Virus record (IMG/VR): IMGVR_UViG_3300025108_000004
Location: 1-60,188 of that record
Direction: 5' to 3' (one strand)
Source: a virus
Lineage: Duplodnaviria > Caudoviricetes
Length of the DNA: 60,188 nt
A model generated the notes under the pieces. It was not told where the DNA came from. It was given only the letters and a program-made list of their open reading frames with translations, and made no database searches. Position numbers and translations under genes: made by a program. Below are positions 40,513 through 50,300 of the stretch, piece after piece; within the stretch, counting starts at the first letter, position 1; the number at the start of each line of letters is the position of its first letter.

Positions 40513-41953
40513 CCAAGTTGTTGTTAACTGGGGAGTAGACGAAGCACACACCCTAAAGAATCTAAATATTAACGTGCCCTCACCTATTGAAGGACGTTAC
40601 GACTGGCCCGGCCAGTACAAGCCGTACGACCACCAGAAAGATACAGCCGCTTTCCTCACTATGAATCGGAGAGCTTTCTGCTTCAACGAGCAGGGCACAG
40701 GCAAAACTGCCTCGGCTATCTGGGCATCAGACTTCTTGATGAAGCAAAAGCAAATACAACGGGTACTTATAATATGTCCGCTATCCATCATGGATAGTGC
40801 ATGGCGTAATGACTTGTTTAGTTTTGCTATGCACCGAACTGTGTCAGTTGCCTACGGCAGTAAGCAGAAACGTAAGAAGATCATTAACGAAGGGTCTGAC
40901 TACGTTGTCATTAACTATGACGGTGTAGAGATCGTACTTGATGAGATCATGAACGGTGGGTTTGACTGCATCATCATTGATGAAGCGACACACTATAAGA
41001 ACCCACAGACTAAACGATGGAAGACGCTGTTCAAGCTACTGAATGACAAGACGTGGCTCTGGATGATGACAGGTACACCCGCCGCGCAGTCGCCCCTCGA
41101 TGCTTACGGGCTAGCCAAGATGGTAAACCCCACAGGTGTGCCGCGTTTCTTTAGTTCTTTCCGTGACATGGTGATGCACAAGGTCACGCAGTTTAAGTGG
41201 ATGCCTAAAGAGAGCGCTACGCAAACAGTGTACGAAGCACTGCAACCCGCCATACGATTCACTAAAGAAGAGTGTCTGGATCTGCCGGAAATGGTGTACA
41301 CCAAGCGCGAGGTGGAACTGACGCGCCAGCAGAACAAATACTACAACGACCTCAAACAGAGACTTGTTATACAGGCCGCAGGTGAAGAGATCACCGCCGC
41401 TAATGCCGCCATCATCATGAGTAAGCTCTTACAGATCGCATCCGGCGCAGTCTACACCGATGATGGAGAGGCACTAGAGTTTGATATCAAGCACCGATAC
41501 AAGGTACTGCGAGAAGTTATTGATGAGAGCAGTAAGAAGGTGCTGGTGTTTGTGCCGTTCAAGCACGCTATAGACATTCTGACTAACAAACTACGAGCGG
41601 ACGGCATAACGACTGAAGTCATACGTGGTGACGTGTCAGCGCCAAACAGAACAGCTATCTTCAAACAGTTTCAAGAACAAGACGATCCACGCGTTCTTGT
41701 TATCCAGCCGCAGTCAGCGGCGCACGGTGTCACCCTAACAGCCGCAAACACTGTGGTGTGGTGGGGACCAACCAGCTCCCTCGAAACTTACGCACAGGCC
41801 AACGCTCGCGTGCATCGATCAGGGCAAGACCACAAATGTACTGTCGTACAGTTGCAAGGATCGCCCGTAGAAAAGCGTGTTTACTCACTACTAGATAGTA
41901 GAATAGACGTACACACAAAAATGATCGATTTATACAAAGAACTGCTTGACTAG
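40418..41953 (+). CDS. SNF2-like superfamily 2 helicase
   Basis: EQGTGKT, IIDEAT, MTGTP, HGVTL, QANARVHRSGQ. Probable GTG start at 40418 after GGAGA (track start 40400). Confidence 0.9.
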   Translation: MQVLKNKALLLRLRNPNKVTTVLPKSQELSGNQVVVNWGVDEAHTLKNLNINVPSPIEGRYDWPGQYKPYDHQKDTAAFLTMNRRAFCFNEQGTGKTASAIWASDFLMKQKQIQRVLIICPLSIMDSAWRNDLFSFAMHRTVSVAYGSKQKRKKIINEGSDYVVINYDGVEIVLDEIMNGGFDCIIIDEATHYKNPQTKRWKTLFKLLNDKTWLWMMTGTPAAQSPLDAYGLAKMVNPTGVPRFFSSFRDMVMHKVTQFKWMPKESATQTVYEALQPAIRFTKEECLDLPEMVYTKREVELTRQQNKYYNDLKQRLVIQAAGEEITAANAAIIMSKLLQIASGAVYTDDGEALEFDIKHRYKVLREVIDESSKKVLVFVPFKHAIDILTNKLRADGITTEVIRGDVSAPNRTAIFKQFQEQDDPRVLVIQPQSAAHGVTLTAANTVVWWGPTSSLETYAQANARVHRSGQDHKCTVVQLQGSPVEKRVYSLLDSRIDVHTKMIDLYKELLD

Positions 41954-41974
41954 CTCATAACGTGTAAGTAAAGT
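41946..41974 (+). promoter_or_regulatory. Sigma70-like promoter upstream of the second replication block
   Basis: TTGACT-17 bp-TAAAGT. Confidence 0.55.
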
Positions 41975-42014
41975 GAAAAACCCGACACTTGTGTCGTGTG
42001 CGAAGGAGACTCAA

Positions 42015-42416
42015 ATGAGTGAAGAAGCAGGGTTGGCTGAGAAGCTAACACGCGTTTACCTAAAGATCCGCGACGAGAAAGCCAAGCTATCTGCGGAGTA
42101 TAAAGAGAAGGAGTCCAGCCTTAACCAACAAATGGATAAGGTGAAGACCGCCCTACTCGATTACTGCAAAGATCATGGTCTCGAAAGCGTCAAAACTTCT
42201 GAAGGACTCTTTTACCGTTCGGTAAAGACAAGGTACTGGACCAGCGACTGGGAGCAAATGCACAAGTTTGTGCTTGAGCATGAAGTTCCTGAGTTTATGG
42301 AAAAGCGCCTTAACCAAGCCAACGTGAAAGCGTTCCTCGAAGAGAACCCCGACATCGTACCTAAAGGTCTCAATGTCGATTCTGAATACACCATAGCAGT
42401 GAGGAAAAAATCATGA
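42015..42416 (+). CDS. Conserved coiled-coil replication-module protein
   Basis: AAGGAG RBS before the ATG at 42015. Confidence 0.7.
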   Translation: MSEEAGLAEKLTRVYLKIRDEKAKLSAEYKEKESSLNQQMDKVKTALLDYCKDHGLESVKTSEGLFYRSVKTRYWTSDWEQMHKFVLEHEVPEFMEKRLNQANVKAFLEENPDIVPKGLNVDSEYTIAVRKKS

Positions 42417-42730
42417 ACGGTCCGTTTGTGCCAATTGAAGATCTGTCCAAGCACTTCTCTGTATCTGTATCTACGATCAGAGGCTGGGTGCGTAAGGGAC
42501 ACATTCCCAAGAACACCTACATAAAAGTAGGTAACACCTATCGGTTTTCTATTGCCGATGTATCTGAAGCCCTGACTCAACAGCACAACGATGTTGTTTC
42601 GTTTAACGAAGCACTGGGTGTTGATGTAGCTCAGATTACGGTTGATGGTCTAGAAGCTCAAGCAGAGGTTGATAAGTCTGATGAGCATTGGGCTGACATG
42701 TTTACCGCTCCTATTGACGATGATGTCTGA
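42413..42730 (+). CDS. Excisionase/MerR-like HTH DNA-binding protein
   Basis: IEDLSKHFSVSVSTIRGWVRKGHIP...IKVGNTYRF. Confidence 0.8.
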   Translation: MNGPFVPIEDLSKHFSVSVSTIRGWVRKGHIPKNTYIKVGNTYRFSIADVSEALTQQHNDVVSFNEALGVDVAQITVDGLEAQAEVDKSDEHWADMFTAPIDDDV

Positions 42731-43401
42731 TGGACCGGATTAGCCTAAGTGGAGGAGTGTTTCGCATCATCGAGGGTGGGAGACAGGTATCTACGGTAGA
42801 AGACACAATAAAATTTGTTGTGGTAAACGCCGCTAAGGTATCTCGTTCTTACTACGCCGGTGCATTCGATCCCAACACCCCATCACCACCTACGTGCTGG
42901 TCGGCGGATACAAACCAGCCATCGCCTGATGTGCCTGTGCATAACAGACAAGCATCTCGGTGTATGGATTGCCCCCAGAACATTAAGGGGTCAGGACAAG
43001 CTGGTGGACGTGCGTGTCGATTCGCACAGCGTTTAGCGGTTGTTTTAGAGGACGACCTGAGCAAGGTGTACCAACTACAACTACCAGCAACATCGGTATT
43101 TGGTAGAGCAGTAGAAGGTAAGATGCCAATGCAAGCCTATGCACAACATCTTTCTTCTCACAGCACACCTGTTATTTCTGTGACAACACGTTGTTCGTTT
43201 GATCAGGATAGCCCCGTGCCCAAGCTAGTCTTTCAAGCCTTCCGTGCCCTCAATGAAGAGGAGCTAGATCTCGTTGTCTCGTTAGCACAAAGCAATGAGG
43301 CCAACGAAGCGATTTCATTAAACCCGCCCCAACAAGGGCAACCCTTTGCAGAGGTAAGCGGTTTTGTTTACTCACCTGCGAATGCAAACCAAGGAGACTG
43401 A
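42730..43401 (+). CDS. Cys-containing replication-module protein
   Basis: PTCWS...CMDCPQN...ACRF; precedes the SSB gene. Confidence 0.7.
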   Translation: MDRISLSGGVFRIIEGGRQVSTVEDTIKFVVVNAAKVSRSYYAGAFDPNTPSPPTCWSADTNQPSPDVPVHNRQASRCMDCPQNIKGSGQAGGRACRFAQRLAVVLEDDLSKVYQLQLPATSVFGRAVEGKMPMQAYAQHLSSHSTPVISVTTRCSFDQDSPVPKLVFQAFRALNEEELDLVVSLAQSNEANEAISLNPPQQGQPFAEVSGFVYSPANANQGD

Positions 43402-43402
43402 T

Positions 43403-44107
43403 ATGTCAACTGAGCAACATGTAATACCCAACGCGGTCGCAATCTACCCAAAGATTGATCGCCCCTACCGTTTTGATAACACCGAAAATAGATCGGTGCC
43501 ATGCGATGCATTGGATGACGGTGCCGAATACACCCTACAGTTCAAGACTGATGAGGACACAGCACGTTCGCTATACGCTTACATGAAAGCGCTATACAAC
43601 GAGCGTAAGAAGTCTAACTGGCCTGATATCAAGAACCCGTTCAAGAAAACGGACGATGGTATGTTCCAGTACAAGGCCAGCCTCAAGGGTGCGTACAACG
43701 GTGAGAAGACCAACAAGCCAGCACAGTACGATGCCAAGACGCAGAAGTTACCTGATGACTTCCAGTTAACAAGTGACAGCGTAATTAATATTGCTGTTGT
43801 TGGAGTTCCCTATAGCGCATCGATGGGTGCAGGGGTATCTTTAAGACTGCGCGGTGTGCAGGTAATAAAACTAGCAGAACGCCAATCTGTATCACCGTTT
43901 AGTGCTGTGGATGGTTTCGATGTAAGCGAGTCAAATCCGTTTGCACAAAGTGCTCCAGCACCGAAGGCTGATGACTTGGACGGGTTTGATGAACCTGCTC
44001 CAGCGGAACCCGCCATCGAGGAGCCAACCAAAGTTGTAAAGAAATCTGCTCCAGCACCCGCAGAGAATGAAGACCTCAGTGCAATTATCGACAACTGGGA
44101 CGACTAA
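43403..44107 (+). CDS. Single-stranded DNA-binding protein (T7 gp2.5-like)
   Basis: GVSLRLRGVQVIKL strand and an acidic tail ending DNWDD; AAGGAG RBS. Confidence 0.7.
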   Translation: MSTEQHVIPNAVAIYPKIDRPYRFDNTENRSVPCDALDDGAEYTLQFKTDEDTARSLYAYMKALYNERKKSNWPDIKNPFKKTDDGMFQYKASLKGAYNGEKTNKPAQYDAKTQKLPDDFQLTSDSVINIAVVGVPYSASMGAGVSLRLRGVQVIKLAERQSVSPFSAVDGFDVSESNPFAQSAPAPKADDLDGFDEPAPAEPAIEEPTKVVKKSAPAPAENEDLSAIIDNWDD

Positions 44108-44196
44108 GTTACTCGTCACAATGGTAATTGAACCGCGTTACGGCAGGGCGGGGGACAAACGTCTCTGCCGTAACGTTGCAAGCAATGGGTGGGTAC

Positions 44197-47028
44197 ATGG
44201 AAACGAAAACATTTTTAGAGAGGGTACTTAGTAGCGAGGGGCACTATTGCATATTTGCGGCAAAATCGGCGGACGAGCGTAAGACACAAAAATTCTATAG
44301 CTCTATCGACGATGTTGTGGAAGCCGCAACGCAGTTTGACCAGCAGGGGTACGACGTATACTACGGGCTAGCAACGTTTCACGAAGCTAACTCCCGTAAA
44401 GTTGATAATGTAAAACATCTCCAGTCGTTCTTCCTCGACCTCGATTGTGGCCCGACAAAAGACTTTGCTTCGCAAGAAGAAGCAATCAAAGCGCTACGTA
44501 AGTTTTGTAGTGCCAACCAACTACCAACACCGACGATGGTTAACTCGGGGCGTGGCGTGCACGTCTATTGGTTTCTATCGGAACCGGTGTGCTATGAGGA
44601 TTGGTTTCCCGTAGCAGAAAGACTGAAGCGCTTGTGTGCAAAACAGAACTTCTTAGCTGACCCTGCGGTAACCGCTGATGGTGCACGCGTGTTAAGAGTT
44701 CCTGACACACATAACTACAAGACTAATCCTCCGTCGGACGTAGGCTTTTTTGGCTTAGGTGAGCGATTTGAGATTGTCGTTTTTGACACATTCTCCGAAT
44801 TGCTTGGCGGAGAAATGATACCAGTTCCGACTAAACACATACCCAAAGAGTTGAGCCAAACAATGCACAACCTGATGGGTAACCAAGAAAATGTGTTTAA
44901 AGATATCTTGGTGAAGACTCAACGTGGTGATGGCTGTGAGCAGTTGTACAACATCATCCGGCACCAAGAAGAAACAAGCGAACCTCTTTGGCGAGCGGGG
45001 TTATCTATCGCTAAGTTCTGTACGGATAGTGATAAGGCGATGCACATCATCTCCAAAAACCATCCCGAATACACGCCAGAAGATACTCAGGATAAGCTCA
45101 GGCAAATCAAAGGTCCGTACACGTGTGCGAAGTTTGATGAGTTCAACCCTGACGTTTGTCCTAACTGTCCACAGTGGGGGCAGATAAAATCGCCGATTGT
45201 GTTGGGTAAGCGGCTTAAGGAAGCTGAGGTGACCGACGAAGGTGTTTACGTCGAAGCCCCGGCACTCGAACTTCCTAACCAACCCAAAACGACTTATGAG
45301 ATACCTAAGTTTCCTCCGCCCTACGTACGAGGCGTTAACGGCGGTGTCTATGTAAGGACGACTAACGAAGAAGGTGACACAGAAGAGAAGCGGCTGTACC
45401 ACAACGATCTGTATGTCGTGAAGCGGGTGCACGATCCTGAAGTAGGCGAAGCCATAGTGATGCGTCTACATCTACCGATGGATGGGGTGCGTGAGTTCAC
45501 ACTACCTATGAGTGCCGTCACATCTACAGAAGAGTTCCGTAAGGCGCTATCTTCTAGGGGCGTCACCGTAAAAAAGATGGATGAGTTAATGACCTACACA
45601 TTGCATTGGGTGGATGAGTTACAAGCCACCAGTACAGCAGATCAAGCGCACCGTCAGTTTGGCTGGGCAAACGATGAGATGGACGCGTTTATCTTGGGTA
45701 ACCAGAAAGTTACTGCCACTAGCGTTGAGTTCAACCCGCCCTCTAACCAGACAGTCGGGCTGTTCCCAGCGTTTGAAGCTAAAGGAAGTTATCAGGAGTG
45801 GCGTGACAACCTAGAACTGTGGAACAACGAGAGGTTTGTACTGCAACAATTCGCTATCGGTATGGGATTCGGCAGTCCATTGATGGAGTTTATGAACACC
45901 AACTGCGGCACAGTCTCGTTCTATAACAAAGACTCAGGTGTAGGTAAGACGGCCTTGTTGTTAGCCGCGTCCGGTATCTGGGGTGACCCCGAACAGCTCG
46001 TGTTGCAGAAGGACGATACCTATAACTTCAAGATGAACCGTGCAGAGTTAATGCACAGCCTACCTACCGGCATCGACGAGATCACCAACATGTCTCCGAA
46101 GCAGATGTCAGAACTTGTTTACCAAGGCACTAGTGGGCAACAGCGTGGCCGCATGTCACAAAGCTCGAACGTCGAGCGGTATCGTGGCGACAGGTGGAGT
46201 CTCTTGATGATGTACACCGCCAACACCAGCGTTGTGGAGCGTATCAGCATGGCGAAAGCTATGCCGAAAGCAGAGGCCCAGCGGGTACTGGAGTGTCGTG
46301 TAGAGCGTATGTTCGACTCGGTGCAGGATAAAGAAGTTACTGACGCCTTCGAGAACGGCCTGTTAAATAACTACGGGCACGCGGGTATCATATACGTGCA
46401 GTACATAATGCGAAACGTAGACGCCTGTAGACAGCTCGTGCTGGACGTCCAGAAGCGCGTAGATAAGTTAGCTGAGTTGACCTCGGAGAACCGCTTCTGG
46501 TCAGCAACTATAGCCGCCACCATATCCGGCTTACTCATAGCTAAGAAGGCTGGGCTACATGACTTTGACGTGCAGAAAGTCTTTAACTGGGCAGTGACTG
46601 ATCTCGTTACGCAGAACAAGCGCAACATGACAGAGATGGGTGGCAGTGTGTATGACGTGCTGGATGACTTCTTCAGCGAGAACATTAGCTACATCTTGCA
46701 GATAAAGAGCACGGCAGATAACAGAGGTACACACGATAACGGGTTAGACCAGCATGTAATACCTGAACAGGTGGCACGTGGACGTCTCATTGCTCGGTAC
46801 GAAACAGACACTAAGATGTTTTATGTTAAGCCGAAACCGTTGAAGGAGTGGTGTGGTGAGTTGCAGATTAACTACGCCCACCTAGTCAGTGAGATCATGA
46901 CTAAGTGCAACGGTAAGCGTAAGAAGGTACGCCTGACAAAGGGCACAAACCTTCAGCTCCCCGCATCAGATGTGATTGCCATGAAGTTTGACATGGAACC
47001 TGACGATGAAAATCTTGAGGACATATGA
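44197..47028 (+). CDS. Primase (RepB-like AEP) fused to a DUF927 helicase-like domain
   Basis: FFLDLDCG, VNSGRGVHVYW, RVLRVP, zinc motif TC...CPNC, Walker A SGVGKT, IDE. Confidence 0.85.
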   Translation: METKTFLERVLSSEGHYCIFAAKSADERKTQKFYSSIDDVVEAATQFDQQGYDVYYGLATFHEANSRKVDNVKHLQSFFLDLDCGPTKDFASQEEAIKALRKFCSANQLPTPTMVNSGRGVHVYWFLSEPVCYEDWFPVAERLKRLCAKQNFLADPAVTADGARVLRVPDTHNYKTNPPSDVGFFGLGERFEIVVFDTFSELLGGEMIPVPTKHIPKELSQTMHNLMGNQENVFKDILVKTQRGDGCEQLYNIIRHQEETSEPLWRAGLSIAKFCTDSDKAMHIISKNHPEYTPEDTQDKLRQIKGPYTCAKFDEFNPDVCPNCPQWGQIKSPIVLGKRLKEAEVTDEGVYVEAPALELPNQPKTTYEIPKFPPPYVRGVNGGVYVRTTNEEGDTEEKRLYHNDLYVVKRVHDPEVGEAIVMRLHLPMDGVREFTLPMSAVTSTEEFRKALSSRGVTVKKMDELMTYTLHWVDELQATSTADQAHRQFGWANDEMDAFILGNQKVTATSVEFNPPSNQTVGLFPAFEAKGSYQEWRDNLELWNNERFVLQQFAIGMGFGSPLMEFMNTNCGTVSFYNKDSGVGKTALLLAASGIWGDPEQLVLQKDDTYNFKMNRAELMHSLPTGIDEITNMSPKQMSELVYQGTSGQQRGRMSQSSNVERYRGDRWSLLMMYTANTSVVERISMAKAMPKAEAQRVLECRVERMFDSVQDKEVTDAFENGLLNNYGHAGIIYVQYIMRNVDACRQLVLDVQKRVDKLAELTSENRFWSATIAATISGLLIAKKAGLHDFDVQKVFNWAVTDLVTQNKRNMTEMGGSVYDVLDDFFSENISYILQIKSTADNRGTHDNGLDQHVIPEQVARGRLIARYETDTKMFYVKPKPLKEWCGELQINYAHLVSEIMTKCNGKRKKVRLTKGTNLQLPASDVIAMKFDMEPDDENLEDI

Positions 47029-47227
47029 GATCGCACCTGACGGGGTGCGTATAACAATCAACTGGGACAACATGCACATTGGCACGTCAATATTTGTGCC
47101 TTCTATCAACACAGAAGCGGCTACTCAAGAAGTTATGAAGATCTGCACCGAAAAAGGGTGGGAAGTAGAGAGTCGTTTACGCATCGAAGGAGGGTGTCTA
47201 GGGGTACGATTTTGGCGTAAAATGTGA
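47006..47227 (+). CDS. Small hypothetical protein, last gene of the rightward arm
   Basis: INWDNMHIGTSIFVP...LGVRFWR; overlaps the primase stop. Confidence 0.7.
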   Translation: MKILRTYEIAPDGVRITINWDNMHIGTSIFVPSINTEAATQEVMKICTEKGWEVESRLRIEGGCLGVRFWRKM

Positions 47228-47237
47228 TAGCGTGTTT

Positions 47238-47350
47238 ACGACAGTTAGTGTTTGTGTACCCCTTACGCTTCTGTCGTTCTCCTCGCCCTACTTGACGGCT
47301 TCGAAAAGTATGTGGCTTTACCCCCTTTGGTCCCCCGAAGGGGGTTTTTT
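47238..47350 (+). ncRNA. Candidate small RNA with a segment antisense to early-gene RBSs
   Basis: 5' stem ACGACAG/CTGTCGT; 47272-47285 is complementary to three early-gene RBSs; ends in a terminator. Expression is unverified. Confidence 0.45.
47332..47350 (+). terminator. Terminator at the convergence of the two arms
   Basis: CCCCC-GAA-GGGGG then TTTTTT; the loop reads TTCG on the opposite strand. Confidence 0.8.
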
Positions 47351-50300
47351 AATCTGGCAACCCAATAAAACCATTACGCTCTGCTTCGAGTTGAGCGCTC
47401 ATTACATCACGCATGTTGGGAGATAAAGCCACACCGTTGTGCATTTGCGAAGATGTTTTCATGTGTTGCCGCATAGAGCGTTTAATTGAATCTGGCGTTA
47501 TCTTAAAGCTAGGATGGTTGCGGTTGTGCTCCCTTATCTTTTGCTTGATATCTATTAAGGTAGAAAAGTCACCCTGCCGGTGCGCTAGATAATACTGCTT
47601 ACGTAGCTTAGACATTTTACGAGACAGCGCGTTATCGATTCGTTTAATGCGCTGGTTATCTTCTTGAATCCGCGTGTACTCTGACGGTGCAAATCCAAAG
47701 AACTGCCCTACCATCTCACCGCCAGTAATATCATCGTAGATAGCATCACCACGTCGAGAGTAGACACCTCCATCTTCTTGGTAGCGATCTAACACTTTGT
47801 ACGCATTAGAAATGCCCACTGGTAGTATACTCTCCAACCCGCGTTGGAATTCACCTTCAAGGATATCGTCTTTTCCTCGCATCACTCGTTTAAATACGCT
47901 CCATGCGGGACCACCTGCGTAGTACATGAACGTTTCTTCTAACGATGGATCATTATTGTATCGATTAGTCTGTAGTAGCAGACCTGTTAGGCGAATACGA
48001 GAAGCAACATCTATACCTACTCCAGCTTCACTAAGTGCCTCATTAACCGCACCTTTGTACCAACCTTCACCTACATAGTTACGTACTTTTGTGTTGAAGT
48101 CGTCGTCTTCATCAGACGCGAATAAATCGTGCGCCAACTGGATTGCTCCGTACAAAGGTACACCATGAATACCCGAGAAAAATACTGAAGAGCCAAGTAA
48201 CCCAAAGGCTTGGTTACGCGCAATTTTTATACGTTGCTTTATTTCTGCATCAGGTACGCCTTGTTCTTTTAGTATGTTGTTGTATACCCCGAATGCAGTA
48301 GCACCTACGTTAAACATCGTAGTGTACATACGCATACCGTACGTTTTATACATGCCAGCAACGCGCCCTATGTTTGCTCTCACTACAGGGGGCGCTGTTT
48401 CTAGTGTAGATCCACCATTAAGCTGGTGCGTTTCTCTGAAAGCGTTTTCTATAAGTGTATCGGCATCAACACGTTTACCTGTTTTTGCCGCCTCTTGTTT
48501 AGCTAAGTCATAACTCATCAACATAGAAACTTGTCTGTTGAATCGTTCAGCTTGGTTAAACATCATGGCGGATATAGCGGTACCCGTATCTAAGCCAGAC
48601 AACAATTTTGCTCCCATCGTGTCGTTACGTTGAGCACGAGCACCTTCTAGCAAGCCGATTGCATCTGCAATAAAAGATCTATTTAAATGCCCACGTTCTG
48701 ACGCACGCTTTACTAGCGGCGCGAACTCCTTTAATTCTTTTATGTGGTCTGGTGTTAGATCTAAGTCTTCTCGCACAACAAAATCATCGCCTACACGTTT
48801 GTAGTACGCGTCTATGCCGTATGCGGGAGAAAACTTATCCGCCAAATCAGTGGCTTTCTCAGCAAAATACTTCCCTGATAACTTAGAAAAGTCCATTGTT
48901 TCGGGGCGGTGATTACGGGCACTCATAACAATACGCATGGCACGGTACATAGCCTGTAACGTAGGCCTTACGCCATACTTAGCCATCATCATTGGCATGA
49001 CAACCATAGGAATCTGCGCGGTCTGCACAATGGCCGAAGCTGTGTTAAAACCAATAGTGCCAACAAATGCTAGCTGGTTAGCAACACGCACGAACCCTTC
49101 GATTTCTTTATATTTAGCACCTGACATGGCGAACTTAATTCGCCCTTGCAAGTCGTCAATTGACTGAGTAAGTTTCCATTCTTCTCTCGGGTCAAATTTT
49201 TCAAGCTCTGTCCTACCTACTTTGTCTAGATCAGACAGGACATTCTGCATAATGCCTGAGAATTTAAGTTTTTCTACCTGATTACCTAAGTCAAATCCCT
49301 TGGTTTTGATGGCGTAGAGGGCATCGCTTTCGTGCCCTGCCGTATTCTTACGTGATTGTAGTGAACGTGCTAATGACGACTCTGGTAGAGTGCTAACCAC
49401 CATTCGTAAGAAGGCTTCTTGTACGTCTTCGTTTACGTTTTTACCCGCCATCATCTTTAAAGTTTGATTGACGAACGACGTTGAAGGCGCTTCTTTGGCG
49501 TAGTTAACAAATGACTCGTTATCAGAAGAACGCACCAACTCCATGTCGGGGTTACTTTCTATCTCACGAAGTTGTGCCAACCAGTCGCTTCGGTTTTGGT
49601 GCATCTCAAATACAAAATTGTCCTGTCCTTTAGGCGTCTTGCCCGGCTTGTAACGGAAACCTATCTTGTATTTACCTTCACGAATCAGTGGGAAGTAAAC
49701 ATCCATCCCCTTTTTATCGAATAGTTTCTTTTCGAACTCGGTCTTTAATTTAGCAATGGTTTCTGTATCGCCATCAGCCATAGTCTCAATACGACTAAAT
49801 ATAACTTCTTTTAATTCGCTGAACTGCTTACGATAAAACGCCTGCATGTCTTTGTAGACTTTATGTCCTTTAGGATCTAGTTGACCTAACTCTTTCCAGC
49901 GTTTTTGGTTTTCTTGCCAAATTTCCCACAAGTTGTTTCCATCATCATCAGGCTCACCTTTGTACTTCTTCTCTGCCTCTGCACGGGTCAATGTCGGGTC
50001 TACTTGGAAGATGGTAGCGCCGTACTCACGACTATAGATGATGTCATTAAATAGTTTCGTAGCTTCAGGAGTTGCGTTGTCAAACCATCGTTCTATAGGC
50101 TTGATTGCCTCACGTGTAGAATCAATCCTTCGTGCTGTAGACCCTCGCATCTCCTCCATCGCAACAAGTGTTTTTTGTGCTACTGCACCTAGCTTTGCGT
50201 TAGTGGCTCTTGCCGCATCTACAAACCCGCTCATATCTAAAAACTTTAGAGGGATGCTTCCGTACTCTTTACCTAAACCAGCTACTGTATCTACAAACGA

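Noticed and set aside
47232-47426. 64-aa plus-strand ORF over the candidate small RNA
   Set aside because: GTG start without an SD; it crosses a terminator and overlaps the end of the 2,242-aa gene.
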